This document shows positions 1-13,846 of a stretch of DNA of 64,000 bases, in pieces (the first letter of the stretch is position 1; each line of letters starts with the position of its first letter). The position numbers and the translations under genes are program-made. The notes below the pieces were generated by a model, which was given only the letters and a program-made list of their open reading frames with translations, was not told where the DNA came from and did not search any database. Source of the stretch: Lingula anatina (lineage: Eukaryota; Animalia; Brachiopoda); NCBI GenBank assembly GCA_051362555.1, contig CM120649.1:8742001-8806000 (forward strand), written 5' to 3'.

Positions 1-169
1 CTTTTTTCAGCGCCTGGATTAACCAATTTATTTTCTTTGTCATATTCCTGGCTTTCTCTGACCAGTCTTCAAACAGCTGAAATAATAAGACAAATTCATT
101 CTCCATTTTATGGGTTTAATCTTCAACTGACAAAACTTACCATGAACCCCGTTTCACAACATAGCTTTA

Positions 170-1946
170 TTAGTACCACCAGCGTATACGCTGGCTGTAC
201 TCACGGTTTTAGTCCCGACCCATCTCGTACAGCTCCGCCAGCTCCTGCAGCTCTGCCGGCTCCGCAGTCGGGCGCCGGAAACAAGTCACCGTTACCGCTT
301 CTCCTCCTAGACCGCCAGGACCTGTGTCCCCATCTCTTAGATTTAGGTCACATATAATCTCAACTTGAGCACCCTGGTTTTTTTGTCTCTGTCAGTGCAT
401 TGGCCTGGGTGTGACACTTGTTGAAACGCACCTTTGTCAAAATTTTTGAAAATTCAAGGCTAAATATCTCCCAAACCAAAGGCATTATGGGAAAAATTAC
501 TACAGAAGTCTGACCGAAAGTCATATGTGGAAATTCCAAATATGCCCTTGGATTTGAATTTTGACCTTTTTTTCAAGGTCAAACAAGCCAAAATTTTCTA
601 AAAATGGGAATTTTCTGCAAAAAAATATTTGTTTGTGCTATTTTTTTGGAAACTACACACATCTAAGCTCTCCTGTTATAGTGAGGTGTTACAATTGGGG
701 ACTCCTTTCATCTTTGGGAGTTTGGGGTCAACCGGTGCATTTTCACGGGAAAAGCAGCCATTAGATACCGAAACTGAAAACTTGCTTTTATTCTGGAATG
801 GTAAATGCCAGAGACCTTTTGTTCATAGCATTTTGTAGAACTTGTCAAGTGCAATACTGGAGGTGGTGTCCATTTTTTTTTTGTTTTCGATATGGTTTAG
901 GCATTGCGCTATATCAAAAATTACAACATTGCAATATTCAGTGGGGAAAATGTTAAATATTCCAAAATTAGCAGAGATATGCCCATAGTTACTATTGAAC
1001 TTGAATAGGAAGTCATATACTGGTAATCTAACTGTGACCTTGAAATTGACCTTTGACCTACTTTTCATGATGAACTGCACTTTGAAGTTTTCTGGTCTTT
1101 ATATCTCCAAAACTGGCAAAGATACGGGCATAGTTACTATTGAACTTGAATAGGAAGTTATATACAAGTAATCTAACTTTGACCTTTAAATTGACCTTTG
1201 ACCTACTTTTCACTTTGCAAATTTTCCAGCCCTTATATCTCCAAAACTGGCAGAGATACACCCATAGTTACTGTTAAACTTGAATAGGAAGTCATATACT
1301 GGCATTCTTATTGTGACCTTGAAATTGACCTTTGACCTACTTTTCAACATGAACTGAACTTTGCAAATTTTCTATCCCTTATATCTCGAAAACTGGCAGA
1401 GATAGGTCCAAAGTTACTATTGAACTTGAATAGGAAGTCATATACTGGCAATCTTACTGTGACCTTGAAATTGACCTTTGACCTACTATTTATGATGAAC
1501 TGCACTTTGCATGTTTCCTGGCCTTCATATATCCAACATTGGCAAAGAAATGCCCATAGCTACTGTTGAACTTATATAGGAAGTCATATACTGTGACCTT
1601 GAAATTGACCTTTGATCTACTTTTTTACCACAAACTGAACTCTGCATATTTTCTTGCTCTTCATGTCTTCAAAACTAGCAGAGATCTGCCCAGTGTTGTC
1701 CCTAGGTTTTCTCTTTTGTCAGCATACCGGTATATGCAATACTGATAATGCATTTCAAGGAAAACCAATAGGCCTATTGTCTAGAAAATCACAGGAGTGA
1801 TCAGTGTTAGGAAAATACAGGTCAATTTGAATTTTAACTGTTATGTTTTTTCCATTTTTTCTTTTTTTTTTTTTTTTGCATATTTTGAGAACTCTTGTTT
1901 ATTGTATTTTATATAGCTTGTCAAGCACAAGACTGGTGGTGGTGTC

Positions 1947-1981
<35 letters not shown>

Positions 1982-2064
1982 GGGGGGGGGGGGTCCACAT
2001 GAATGCTCTTACTCCAGCTGGTGGTACAATATCCAGAGGCGGTATCGCCTCTCTGATCCTCTAG
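170..2064 (+). mobile_element. Non-autonomous Helitron/Helentron-type element (HINE-like), copy 1
   Basis: 5' end TTAGTACCACCAGCG-tata-CGCTGGCTGTAC hairpin, short GC-rich (GCTCC..)n tract, internal ~146-bp tandem array (~960-1690), 3' subterminal inverted repeat GCTGGTGGTACAA (2017-2029), hairpin AGAGGCGgtatCGCCTCT and terminal CTAG. Same ends at 59997-61882 and 62157-. Confidence 0.85.
960..1690 (+). repeat. ~146-bp tandem array inside the element (about 5 diverged monomers)
   Basis: CTCCAAAACTGGCAGAGATA...GACCTTGAAATTGACCTTTGACCTAC recurs at ~961, 1105, 1239, 1385, 1531. Confidence 0.9.
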
Positions 2065-2599
2065 TTTCATATATATTTTAAGTAACAAAATCAAATTAAC
2101 AATTCAGCATGCATTAAAACTGTTGTGATATCCAACTTGGGAACTAGGAAGTCAATCATATGCTTTATCTTACTACTTCACATAAACTTTTAAACAAGAA
2201 TAACATCATAATATCCGATATTGATTCAGTGAGCACATTTATAATAAATGGTGTAATGTAAGTTTGATGTTAATTTAATATATGTAAACATTTGTATTAC
2301 CTGAGACCTCTGAACAGAAAACTTTCCCATTGTTTTGATAAAAAAATTGGAGCGTGAAAGCTCCCGTTACGTCTGAGGAAATAATTGTTGATATGTTCTT
2401 GCAGCTCCCCAAAAGATCACAGCATATAACTATACGCTGGACAGATGACTGAGTCGAATGCACTCTACATTTCTCCGGATGATGAAACTGATCTATACCA
2501 TACGTGATGCATGTATGCATGCACGTAATTCAAGCATGGAGAGGTGGCCCATACATCTTTGTCACATCTCCTGAATGTCACAACTTTTTTGTCTTTGTA

Positions 2600-2871
2600 A
2601 GGGACCGTTCACATGGAAAGTCTATTTTCTAAAAATCTATTTTCTATTTGCAGTATCTTGTGATCACGGTCTGTGCCCTGAATACCCTGCGACGTGATTA
2701 CTGGCAGCGCAGGGAGTAACTGGCTCACTCTGAGCGCAGCTGAGAATTAATTACAGCTTTGGAAGTAACTGGCTCGCGCTGCCAGTAATTACGCCGCGGG
2801 GTATTCAGGGCACAGACCGTGATCACAAGATACCGCAAATAGAAAAAAGATTTTGCATGTGAACGGTCCCT
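2600..2871. mobile_element. Fold-back MITE (almost fully palindromic), TA-flanked
   Basis: AGGGACCGTTCACATG ... CATGTGAACGGTCCCT termini; internal arms TATCTTGTGATCACGGTCTGTGCCCTGAATACCC / GGGTATTCAGGGCACAGACCGTGATCACAAGATA; TA on both sides. Confidence 0.85.
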
Positions 2872-4574
2872 TAGTGTCTACAGAAAAACAACACACAGTG
2901 CATGTGCTGTTTGCTTCTTGAAATTCGGAAAATCTGCAGCATGCACCTTCCTCCTACTTGAACCAGCCACTACCAGTTTCACGAACTTAGTTTCGAATGC
3001 AAGTTTGATCAGCATTTCAACTTGGTATATACTTTCATCCGGGAATAAATTCATAGAAGATACCAGAGCCTATTTTAGTAATTTAGGCACTGATTAACGC
3101 TGGAATTGATTTAAACAGTCTATAATGAAAATCGAAACTCTGGAAAGCAAGATTTGACTGGAATGTTTTACGATAAAATGGTCGGCAGATTTGCGTCGCT
3201 GGTGCCTGCTTTTTTGGAAAAAGTCCACACCGATTTTTTAATTCATATTAGGCCCCATGCATATATTTTCAGGAAATACCAATGATTATATCTGAGGTCC
3301 TCTACCAGTGGAGATATTAGGCTATATGAAGGGTGGGTATCTAAGACAAGCATCAATTGACCCCAAATGACCGTGATAGGTTGTAACCAAAGCAACGAAA
3401 TTATGATATAATTTTCTGTTGTTATAAAGATTATTTATCAATCTTTCAAATATGGTAAAGGTCGAAGTAATGTATCGAACAAATCATGTGCATTTTGTAG
3501 AGCAAATTTGAGGGAAAATGCATCACTCACACAGCTGAAAAGTTAAGCGGAATCTCCACATGAGGGTTAAATATGCATTCTTACAGTCGGCATGACATTA
3601 CAAGATGGCCGCCATGGGCAGTAAAACATTGGATTGCGCCCATTAATCTCAATGTTAAATTGGCAAACTTTGATTGTTCATATCAAACAGACCAGAGGAC
3701 AATTACTTTTGACAACCACTTGGTCATATTCATTAGGGTTTTAAGCATCAGTCAATGGTCCTCAGGAGGATTTTCTAGAGCTGCTGGTGATTTTATCAGC
3801 AATAAAGCCAACCCTTCTCTTACGGGCTGCAATTACAGTTTACACCTGATATTGTCTTTTTATCAGATATATCTCTGGAATCTTCCCACTTACAGCACCT
3901 AAATGGGACTTACCTGGATTTCCCTCCTGTCCAATGACCTTTTACAGGTGATTTAGCTAGAAGAAATAGATCGATGTTGCAATATTCACTTTATTAATTA
4001 GTGTCAGTATATGACCCTTGTGTCAATTTTATCAACCAGAAAAACTATACACTTGTAATAATATTTTGCTTTGATTTAAATGGTGGTGAGGGAAAAACAG
4101 ACTTTATATTCACTTTCATAAAATACATGAAGCTTATGTCTTGTATAAAATTATTTGTAATTTGTTTTCCATGTTTTTCAGCAGTTTTGTGGTAATTAAA
4201 ACATTAGAGCTGTCAAGCACAGAAGCATGAAATCCTGTGCCTTTTGGTTATCATTATAAAAAACCTTAAAAACAATTATTCTGATACTAATTTTCCAGGT
4301 ATTCAGCAACAAATACAGAGTAATTAAAAAGTTGTAAAAATCAAACTGTCTGTATATACATGTAGAACATTTATTATCTTTATTGTCTTACAGTGTAAAA
4401 AAACATGCATATCACAGAAGAAGACCCACAGGCTTGCTGCACAGTCACAGTAATTTACAGCTCAAATATACAGTGCAATACAAATATATTTACAAATTGC
4501 CTACTGCATGAAACATATATTGTAAAATTTTTAAAATAAGAAATAAATGGATTGCATCCATCAAAGCTGAACAT

Positions 4575-5830
4575 CTAAACAGTTTTAAGTTTTTTGGCAT
4601 TTCTACACTCCTTGCAATACCACAACCTTGCTTTAGGCAGTCCCTTCAATTTTAAACAGTCTAAATGGAACCAATTGTCACATTTGTCACATGCTACCAT
4701 GTCTCTGTCTTCCATTGATGACTTGCAATAGCAATACACAAGCTTGCTGGTGGATGGCATTACTGATACATTTACATTTTCAATACGCCTTGTAAGAAGC
4801 TCTGGCCAAATGCACTTTTTCCAAAGTGATGCCAAATTGGAAATCATGGTCTGAATGTAACTTTCATCTCTTAACATTCTGGTCACCACACAATCTGTGG
4901 GCGACCCCACAACGAAATCTGCATAATGGGCACCAGTCACAAACATTTGAAGCTGCACTTGTGAAAAATAAACATGTTGACCTCAAAGAAAAATCAGCTT
5001 TGAGACAAAAATTTTTGATAGATGATATGGATTCCCTGACAGACTTTTCTTTACAGTGATAAGGACATTTGATTTCTACTACTCCTAAACCACAACAGGT
5101 ACACCTCATTATCCCATCAGGTGATCCTGCCAAAAAAGGCATATCCTCAGAATTGAACAGTACACATTTTTTTAGACTACTGTCTGTGTGTTGTTGAGAT
5201 ACATTATGAATGTACAAATCACGGGGGATACAATTGCTTGTTAAACTGTTTTTTGTCTGATGTATTTCATTTCCATATAAAGCAAATGCATTGTCCTCAT
5301 TAAGTCTCCCCCACTCCAGGGCAGGAACCTTTGGTGAGTGGCTCTGAGGGTTGCATATTTTTTCTATGGTGGACATAGCTGGTTTTTCGATGGTTGTTTT
5401 CAATACATCTCCTGCAACGGATGCTGTGATTCTTCCAGCTTTCATTTCGTGCCATAGTGAAGATCCTGCTTGGTTTCATGTGTTTTTCTCCACCAATTCA
5501 ATTTCCTCTGCATTCATCTTAATGTCTGTGCTGCTGCACATTACAGAAAGGTCACTGTGTGACAGCTCACTATCCTGGCTGTTGTACAAGTTGCGTAGAG
5601 ATGCGGGGACCTTTGCTTTTTTTTTCTGTCCTGGGGCTCAATTCCTTGAAGCACTCAGAATAACCATGAAAAGTGCTTAAGCAAACAACATCAGTTCCAA
5701 ATGGTTTAATGAGTCTAGAAAAGCTTTCTGTTCCTCAGCAGTGAATGGGGGTGGCAGTTTTTTTTTTTTTTTTTTTTTTTTTTCAGAGGCAGATTTTCGC
5801 AGTTTTACTTTTGCCGTGGCACTGTATCTT
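4575..5830 (-). pseudogene. Disrupted YqaJ/lambda-exonuclease-like nuclease with C-terminal PHD finger (transposon accessory gene, ISL2EU/Kolobok-like)
   Basis: Motifs W..MKAGRITAS, WG..NE..A, FLAGSPDG, VEIKCPY, then after a frameshift near 4965 YFSQVQLQM..DFVV and PHD YCYC..MVACDKCDNWFHLDC..WYCKEC; in-frame TGA near 5477. Confidence 0.85.
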
Positions 5831-5974
5831 GATTAAACGCAACGCAAAGCTTTAATATTTCACACATTTAATAAAGTCATAAAGATGATTAACTGTGGGT
5901 ATTATGTGTTTATTCTGTGAAAACCCAACCTTGCCACTTTCTGGCCGATTTGTCTGGTGGTTAGAAAAACTTGC

Positions 5975-6141
5975 ACTAATATCAAACAAACCATCAACAT
6001 CTGGAGTCACTGCAGCTCTCACATGCCATGATATCCACTTCTTCCCAAACCAGTCTTGCTGAGATTCTCTGAAGTGGGTATGCAAGAATTTCATGGCCCA
6101 GTCCATGGTCACCATATTTTGTCAGCCCAGGTAATGAGACT
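5975..6141 (-). pseudogene. Fragment of a DDE DNA transposase (recalled as Sola3-like; unverified)
   Basis: Translation VTMDWAMKFLHTHFRESQQDWFGKKWISWHV resembles the conserved DWAMKFL..RE.Q..WFGK.G.SWH block; preceded by a TTTTAG acceptor-like site. Confidence 0.55.
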
Positions 6142-9101
6142 CTAAAATGTAGAAAGATTTTTTTAAATATAAATATAAACATATAAATAAAAATGAGCCC
6201 TTTTTTAAAAGCACTTCATAAATATAACACTTACTAAAAACCACAAGTTAGATATATAACTATAACATTCTATAATAATAATAATAATTCATGCTCACCA
6301 TTAAATCAGAATTTGTTTGATCAACAACTAAGAGTGACAGAATCTGAAGTCTTGCAGTGGCAGTTTCTGCTGATAGGTAACATTCTACAAGAGAATGTGT
6401 CAGACTTTCACTGACTTCAGGATTCTCAGGCTGTTATATTTGTTGCCACAGTTTATCTTCCTGACTGGGAGCTAAACAGCTCAACACAAGGTTCACTCCC
6501 TCCTTTGCTTTTTGGGTGTAAAGCCTCTTGGTGCGGGGTGCCACTTCTTCTAAGAGGTGTGCAACTGTCCCTGAACAGGCTCTACTCCACCCAAGAGTCT
6601 ACCTTTATGTATGCCAAATGCTTGGAACATAACCTTCACATCTTTGAATCATTGAACCTTCTGACTATGGAGATTCAGCTGCATTGTTGCGTTCAGTTGA
6701 AAACCATTGAAGTGAGTCAGTCTCATAGAAATATGAAGAAATAAGAACGTGAAAAACTGTATCATTATGACATACAGAGAAATGTAAGATGAGACCCTTT
6801 CCTCCTGCAGAAATAATGAAGGCATTTGCTGGTGTGGAAATCTTTCCAATTGATTTTCCTTGAGTCTTGACTTTCTTTCTTATTCTTGTGGGGTGCAAGA
6901 ACAGATGATGTATTTGGCAAGGTCCCATGATTCTAATTGCACCTTTGCTGCCAAACTCTTGCAAAAATTTGTCTCATTTAACGTTCACTTATGGTTCTCA
7001 GTCTATTCTAAAACATTTGGTGTATTTTTTTACAGTTCTAATGTTGTTCTATGATGAATGTAACAGTTCGATAAGTGTTTTTGGGAAGTCCTTCAGAATG
7101 TCTTAGAAAAGATTCAGAACATTTGTCATGAAAAGAGAAAAATGTTCTAGGACATATTGAGAACCGTAAGTGAGCGTCAAATGAGACACATTTTCGCAGG
7201 GGAAAGGATGCATTGTTGTTATCCTCATATCAAATTTCCAAGTTTTATAAGACTGGAATTTACCAATTTGTCTTTCTAAAAGCTAGCTGTTTAGTATACC
7301 AAAAAATTCAAATATTTGAAGGATTTTATTGCCTAATCATGATATTGAGTTAGCAAGTTATAACATTAAAAGACAAGTTAAACAATTTTTCCATATCAGG
7401 TAGCTCTCTTATGCAGAGAATTACGCTAGTATTACTTGAAAGGAATGTTAATTTTTTTCTTCATTTACCAAATTTCAGCTGATTGAAAACCAACTGACGC
7501 TGGTCTGTCTTTGTGACTTTGATAGTCAATGGTTGCCAGATAATTACGAGCCCTTTATCCTGGGGGCTTATAAGAATTCCTTTTAGAACAGTACATTAAA
7601 ATATGAGAATTGATACATTGTTTCTTGTGTGTCTAAAAGAAAATAATAAGTTTGTGAAGTCATCCATTGTTTTCCCCTTTTTTTTAATTAAAAACCTTTA
7701 ATGCTGTCATGTTGTATATATTATATCATCTCCCTGCCTTAATTTGGGAAAAATACTTGTTCCTGACATAATGTCATTCTGAAATCTTTTGTTGATGATG
7801 ATTTGTCTCAATCCTGTCATAGTCTGTGAACCAGGCTCCAACCATTTTTCCTCCCTGACATCAGGAGATAGGGTCTATGTTCCAAAGACATCTCCAGACA
7901 TCCACTGGTGATCATTCTCAAAATGGTGGATGCCCCCCCCCCCCCCCCCCCCAACTTTGAATGAGTAAAAAAATCTGAATCTAATCTGATCTGTTTCTTT
8001 AAAAATTTTTTTTCGTGTATTTTGGTGACTTTGTAACCATAAATAACAAAATATGTTTTTGTGTTATATCAAATTTACACAGTGGCTTTAATTAGTAAAA
8101 AATTTAGGCTGCTTTAATTCAAAATTAGCAGGATTTGGTTATTTTTACAAATACTTATGTACAGGTTTTATAAGCACTGAAAGAAGCTATTTTATAACTA
8201 ATGGTAAAACTGGTAAAGTTGTAAACCCATAGGCCTTGACCCGTTTTTTCATATTTATATATTATGTATGATAATTTAATGGTGCTGTCACAGAAAAAAA
8301 AATCATGAACCTTATGTTGCAACATGTCTTGTTTTGTGTCTGTATATTTTGCCAGCTTTGCTGTCTAGTCTTATAATTAATTAAGTTTAAATTAAGTATA
8401 AAAGATGTCTGCAGCAATTGTGTGTGAGTAATATGCAGAATATCATTTTATTATTTCTTTGAATAAGAATATAAGAACATTTTGCAGTAAGTATACTGAA
8501 GCTTTTATACTAGCATGTACACTACTGTTATGATCTCATTGTAGTTTCTATAAAAGATGAGTACATTTTTTTTGCTTACATTGTAATTTTTTATTGAATT
8601 AAAAGACAAGGCATTTTCTCATCTTAAATGTCCAAAGTTATTTATTGAGTTTGCCTTAAGTAGTGCTAATAAACTAATACCAGATAAAGCAAGTCAAAAT
8701 GATGACTGAATCACATTGTTAATGCCTATTATAAGCACTGGTACCTAGTTAATTCCCACCTGGTAATTCTGGAGCTGTTTGTAATCAAATAATGTTTATT
8801 TATTTAATTAAGCTAATTAGTGCATGGGTTGAAAATGGTTTATTGGCACACGTACATGATGGTACAATAAAACATAGTGATACGTATGAAACCAAGTGTA
8901 CCCTGGTGGAATTTAGTGTAACTTGTAAGAACTGGTGGTTTGACTTGCAGTATTTAATTTAATTTAAGAGAAACTGGGTTTGAGTTGTAGAGAGGCATAG
9001 ATATATAAAGAAAGATGAGAAAGAGATATTAAGCATTTAAAAAGCTTCAGACTCTTTACAACATAGCTGTTGTTATATTTTCTCTCTCATGCCTCATTGA
9101 G

Positions 9102-9258
9102 GACATTCAGAACAGCGGACTAACATATCCATGGATCAAATATGGCAACCCACTAAAAAGCTTGCCACTTAATTCTTGCTTAGACACTGAATAGATTCCC
9201 TGTGGGGATTATGCCATATTTGATCTGCTGATCTGCTAGTCCACTGTTCTAAATGTGC
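9102..9258. mobile_element. Small palindromic MITE, copy 1
   Basis: CATTCAGAACAGCGGACTAACA..GATCAAATATGGC arm inverted to GCCATATTTGATC..TAGTCCACTGTTCTAAATG; related copy at 10015-10175. Confidence 0.65.
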
Positions 9259-9989
9259 TGGGTAGGTGGTAAAACTTAGGCTAACAATGGGTATGTATAC
9301 AAAACTGATGAAGAATACTTGATAAATAAAATTTTTCAAGTTTTTCACCACTTGAGAGTTACTTTTACACTTACTGTAATATTTAAGATATTTCATCTAT
9401 GCACATAACCCCAACCAGATAATATGATGTGACTATTGTATTCAGCAGTGCAGTGGAGATCATATATATAGCTGTATATGTGTCTTTATATGTATCAGTT
9501 TTTTATGGAAATCACTGAACACACTGTGGACAGGATATACAGTGATAAGAGAGAGAGAGAACATTTTAAAAGTGGCAAACTACAGTTTCTTTGCAGTGAA
9601 TTTAAGGCTTTTGTTTCCTTATGAAATATTACAAAGTACATATTAATATACATGGGGAATTTTTAATGCACAAATGTAAATAAAAATCACTGTGCAAATG
9701 TTTATAAATACAGTTTTTATGTCTTTGAAAATTGCATTGAAAGTCTAAAATGCAGTACTGTTATTGTCATTATTTATCATACTTGTATTATTTTAGGTAA
9801 TTATATGTTTGTATCAACTGTATTCATTACTTTAGATTTTGAAAATATATTTCCCCTTGTTTTTCTTAGAATTCTCATTTCAGCATTATAAATGTACCAA
9901 CCAACTTTTAATTATAAATAAATATTAATATTATTATTATTTGTTGTTGTAGCTTTATTTATATGAGTGCTAAGAATATTTAGGTCTAA

Positions 9990-10401
9990 GAGCTCAATCC
10001 CAATGAAAATAAGAGCACATTCAGAACAGAGAACAAACAGATCTGCAGATCAAATATGAACACCCACTAACAAGCTTACACACTGAACAGATCCCCTGGG
10101 GATAATGCAACAAGCATTCAAGTGGGTCAGCCATATTTGATCCGTGGATCTGTTAGTTCGCTGTTCTGAATGCGCTATATCTGTCCAGATAGATCAATTC
10201 AGGGGGACTGTCACTGAATGCAATTAGATCACGAGATAAGCATGCCACCCCCTAGACTTTGAGTAGAAATCGGAAAATATGGTCATTTTACAAGTACGTT
10301 ATAAACAAGAGGAAGCGTGCCAATCTGATTGCATTCAGCGAGAGTCCCTGTGGAGTTGGATAGACTTACATAGACCAATAGTTTCATTGGGAATGAGCCC
10401 T
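9990..10401. mobile_element. Composite/nested palindromic MITEs
   Basis: Outer inverted repeat GAGCTCAATCCCAATGAAA / TTTCATTGGGAATGAGCCC enclosing fold-back units at ~10015-10175 and ~10185-10365. Confidence 0.6.
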
Positions 10402-11884
10402 ATATTGAGGTACTAGTAGATACGTCAGTGGCAATACTAAGATGAATTAAAATAAAATGATAAAGAGAAATTAAGTATAGTAACAGTAAAGCCAAAACCA
10501 TAGCTTGTAGTGTACAGGACAGAGACACGTTTTAAATAGGCGGTATATATTGCGTACCGTATATTTATAACTAATTAGAAATTCTTTTCACCAGACCTGA
10601 CAAAATTACAGCGGTACAAATTAACTCAAAGGTGCATATTAAGCGACTAGACTTGTCAAATTATTGTCAATAAACTCGACCAAATGCCGCCATATATAGT
10701 TACGAAAAAGCATAACTTAAAGAAATAGCAAAGGGCCTCTGAACTGGAGGAACGGAGAAATATATCAAGTTTACGACCAGAAATATAATAAAGTTGCAGT
10801 TTTAAAGATTTTTTTCGGCTGATAGAGTGTTAAATTTCATTTTGGGTTCTTTTGTTTCAGTTGTGTAAGAAGCTGGTAATAGTAGTAATTTGTATGCGTT
10901 ACAGGGAATGCACAGAGCGGCTTTTTCGCTTGTTATGCATCTTAAAAGAAAAAACACCCTTTTTTCCGAAAAGTCTCTGTTGGAGAACTTCTGTTTACAA
11001 CTTTTGGGTTTCCATTCCAAAATATAAAACCACGAATTTGGAGGAGAAACTGGAAGAACTTCTCCTTATATAGAGAAGTAAAAATTTAATTAACGAAATT
11101 TTGGTGTAAGATATTGAATGACGACTATTTTTAAATATGCGTGCCCATATACATGTACCGGTAGGTGGATTACATATTAGAAATCGCTTTCAATTCAAAG
11201 CAAATATAAGCTGAAATCGTGAAGTTCTAATTTGAATAGGGATTTGGAGATTTATGGTTAAAACAGAAATCACCTAAAAGTTAGCACTTTCCAAAAACGC
11301 GTTAGTAGCGGCTTTTAACAAAACGGGTATAGTGAACTTGAGGAGGCGATTGATCTAAGAACCTTTAAAGATGCATACAAAGTCAATTTTTTGTCACAAA
11401 AACCAACCAAATGCCAGCATATAGTTTCAAGTAGTATAACTAAGAGAATTACCAAAAGGCATTGCTTAATTTTACTCAAAAATGATGTTTGAACGGATTT
11501 TTCTGCTGGCATTCTAAGCTGTATGTCAATGGGGCAGGAAAGTAGGTCAAGAAAGTAGGTTAAATTTACAACCATAAATTTAAAGAAAGGGGCAGTCTAA
11601 AGGTCTTTTATGGCTGTTCGAGTGATCTATTCAGTTTATCCCTTAGCATGTCGAATTTATTTGAGTCATATAAGAATCTAGTAGAAGTGGTTTACATGTG
11701 TTACTGGGAATCCACGCTCCACCGATGCTCGGTTCGTATGTACCTTTAAGTAATAAAATGTATGTAAAAAGAAAAATATCTGGATGTTGTGATGGACGAT
11801 GAAAAAAGAAAAATCCGCATATAAACTTAACATTCATACAGGTTGATACACAAACATGGTGATACACTTTACTGGTGTCACAAT

Positions 11885-12166
11885 CAGGGGCGGATCCAGG
11901 ATTATTTGAAGGGGGCTCCATTTTTTTTGTTTTTTTTAAGAATGACAGGTCTCCGATGCGTAGCTGACCCTTGCCCCGTTGTTGTGTGGTGCGGTGTTTT
12001 GGAGGCCAAACGGTGCCATTTGGTGCAGTTTAGAATTATGATTCAGCTCTTCAAAATTCTGATATTAAAAGGTGTCATTGGTGTCATTTGTTCACAGAAA
12101 CCGAAGGGGGGTCAGGACCCCCCTTCCCCCTTCCCCCCCCCCCCCCCCCCCCCAAATCCGCCACTG
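11885..12166. mobile_element. MITE with CAGGGGCGGATC / AATCCGCCACTG termini and 5-bp TSD
   Basis: Terminal inverted repeats; ACAAT duplicated at 11880-11884 and 12167-12171; family members at 37889 and 38361. Confidence 0.85.
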
Positions 12167-12234
12167 ACAATGAAATTCGGTCAAACAATCACGTCTTTTC
12201 TCCAGTTAGTATCCGAACGCGGAGACACCATCTG

Positions 12235-12678
12235 TCGTCCCTACTCACCCATGAACGTAATAGATGTGAAGTAGACGGAAACGCGCTGACCATTTTAGTA
12301 ATGTTTTGCAGTAGATTTGCAGTAGGATTGAGATGCCGTGAAATCGACATACTCAGAGCAGTAGAAAAGAAGCAAACCAATGGTTATTAAATCAAGCTGC
12401 TGAATTTCAACTTCGATATGAAGTGTACTGAAAGTAGAAGACTGCTACCGTAACGCATGCTACTGCACGCAGAGTAGAAATGCAGTACTGTACTACTGCG
12501 GTGAAGCATTATGCTTCATTTCTACTGTGATTTTGTGAAGCATGGTTGCAGTAGACTGCTACTTCTGGGGAGTATATACTTCATCCATACCTCAAATGGA
12601 AGCAGACTTGAGGCATACTTGCAGTGTGATTGCAGTAGTCTACTGCGCTGGAGTATCTACTGCGTCTTCGTGCGGGAT
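12235..12678. repeat. Degenerate interspersed repeat rich in GCAGTAG/CTACTGC motifs in both orientations
   Basis: Many GCAGTAG(A), GAAGTAG and CTACTGC copies; boundaries approximate. Confidence 0.4.
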
Positions 12679-13681
12679 TATTTTATTGACAACAGTGTAG
12701 ATTATATTAATGTGCCCGGAGCCATGTCAGTCTCCAATATGTGCCCCGTATTCTAACCTACAAAGATCATGCCGAATGTGTTTGTGTGTGAATTTAGAAA
12801 ATTATCTGTCATGTGAAAAAATTAAAAACGATAATGCCCAATGCGCGTGTACGTAAATTTTAAAAAAATTATCAGACATCTGAAAAAAAATTCACCTGAA
12901 ATATCGATCCTGGCAGCGTTTATTGCCACTATCTAATTCAATTTAGCAAAAGCGTTATACTTTGTAAGCAATGTGAGCATACGTGATTATATTTTCTACA
13001 TAGATCTACAAGACGTTTTTACTTTTGATATCTAATACGCCTTCTACCAGCTACCTGTGAAGTGATAATAACTCTTCGTTTTGGCCAAAAAATGAATTTT
13101 CCTGGAGTAAACAACAATTTTCCCATACTTACCAATGGTTAATGAATCCATTTTTACATTCAAAGTTAGTCCCTGTTTTTTTTCTAAAAAGTTTGGGTTT
13201 TTTGTTAAAATCTCTTAAGAGATTTTAACAGAGTACAGCCATCAATGGAGGTCACGTGGTCTAAAGACAAGCTCAGATAACAGTATAATAGCTATAACTG
13301 CGTTTTTGTGGTAAAACAGAATATATTATATTTCTATGAGTTATTCACAATGTTTTTATTGTGAAATATAGATCTCATACGAAGAGTTATTATCCCTTTA
13401 ACGCCTGACCTTATACACTGTAGAGCATATGCGGAAATAACATCAGTTTGCAAACTATTGGAAGGAGATTTAAATTGGCAACCGTTAATCCTGATTCGCT
13501 ACACCATCCATATAGCTAAAATGCGTTTCGATGCCCTTAATTCACATATTTTTAACAAAGGGAGTTAAACCATCAATCATTATACAGCTTGATTTGCCTC
13601 AGCCCAATACGGCCATTATACATATTATAAGGACTTAAATGTTATCAAAAAGATCCATTCTTATCATTGCCCTCCACAAGT

Positions 13682-13687
13682 TTTATT
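13682..13687 (-). terminator. Polyadenylation signal AATAAA of the EGF gene
   Basis: TTTATT on + strand ~45 nt after the stop codon. Confidence 0.5.
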
Positions 13688-13731
13688 AATCTGAGTGTAA
13701 TTTCGAACAACTGCGAATTGTCCTTCCGTGT

Positions 13732-13846
13732 CTAAGGCAGGGGTGTAAGCTGGTCGCAATTCAGCGTTTCACAACATTCCCCGGGTTTGGGAGGATTCAG
13801 TTTACACCCGGATGGGATTCCAACTGCTCTCCAATCAGTGCTGCAC
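13732..13846 (-). CDS. Exon 8: VWC-like domain, second half and stop
   Basis: CSTDW..PSGCKLNPPKPGECCETLNC..TAG. Confidence 0.8.

Noticed and set aside
37-357. Pro/Ala-rich 106-aa ORF (and the RRS-repeat ORF at 59962-60189)
   Set aside because: Arise from the GC-rich mini-repeat at the 5' end of the Helitron-type element and cross its boundary.
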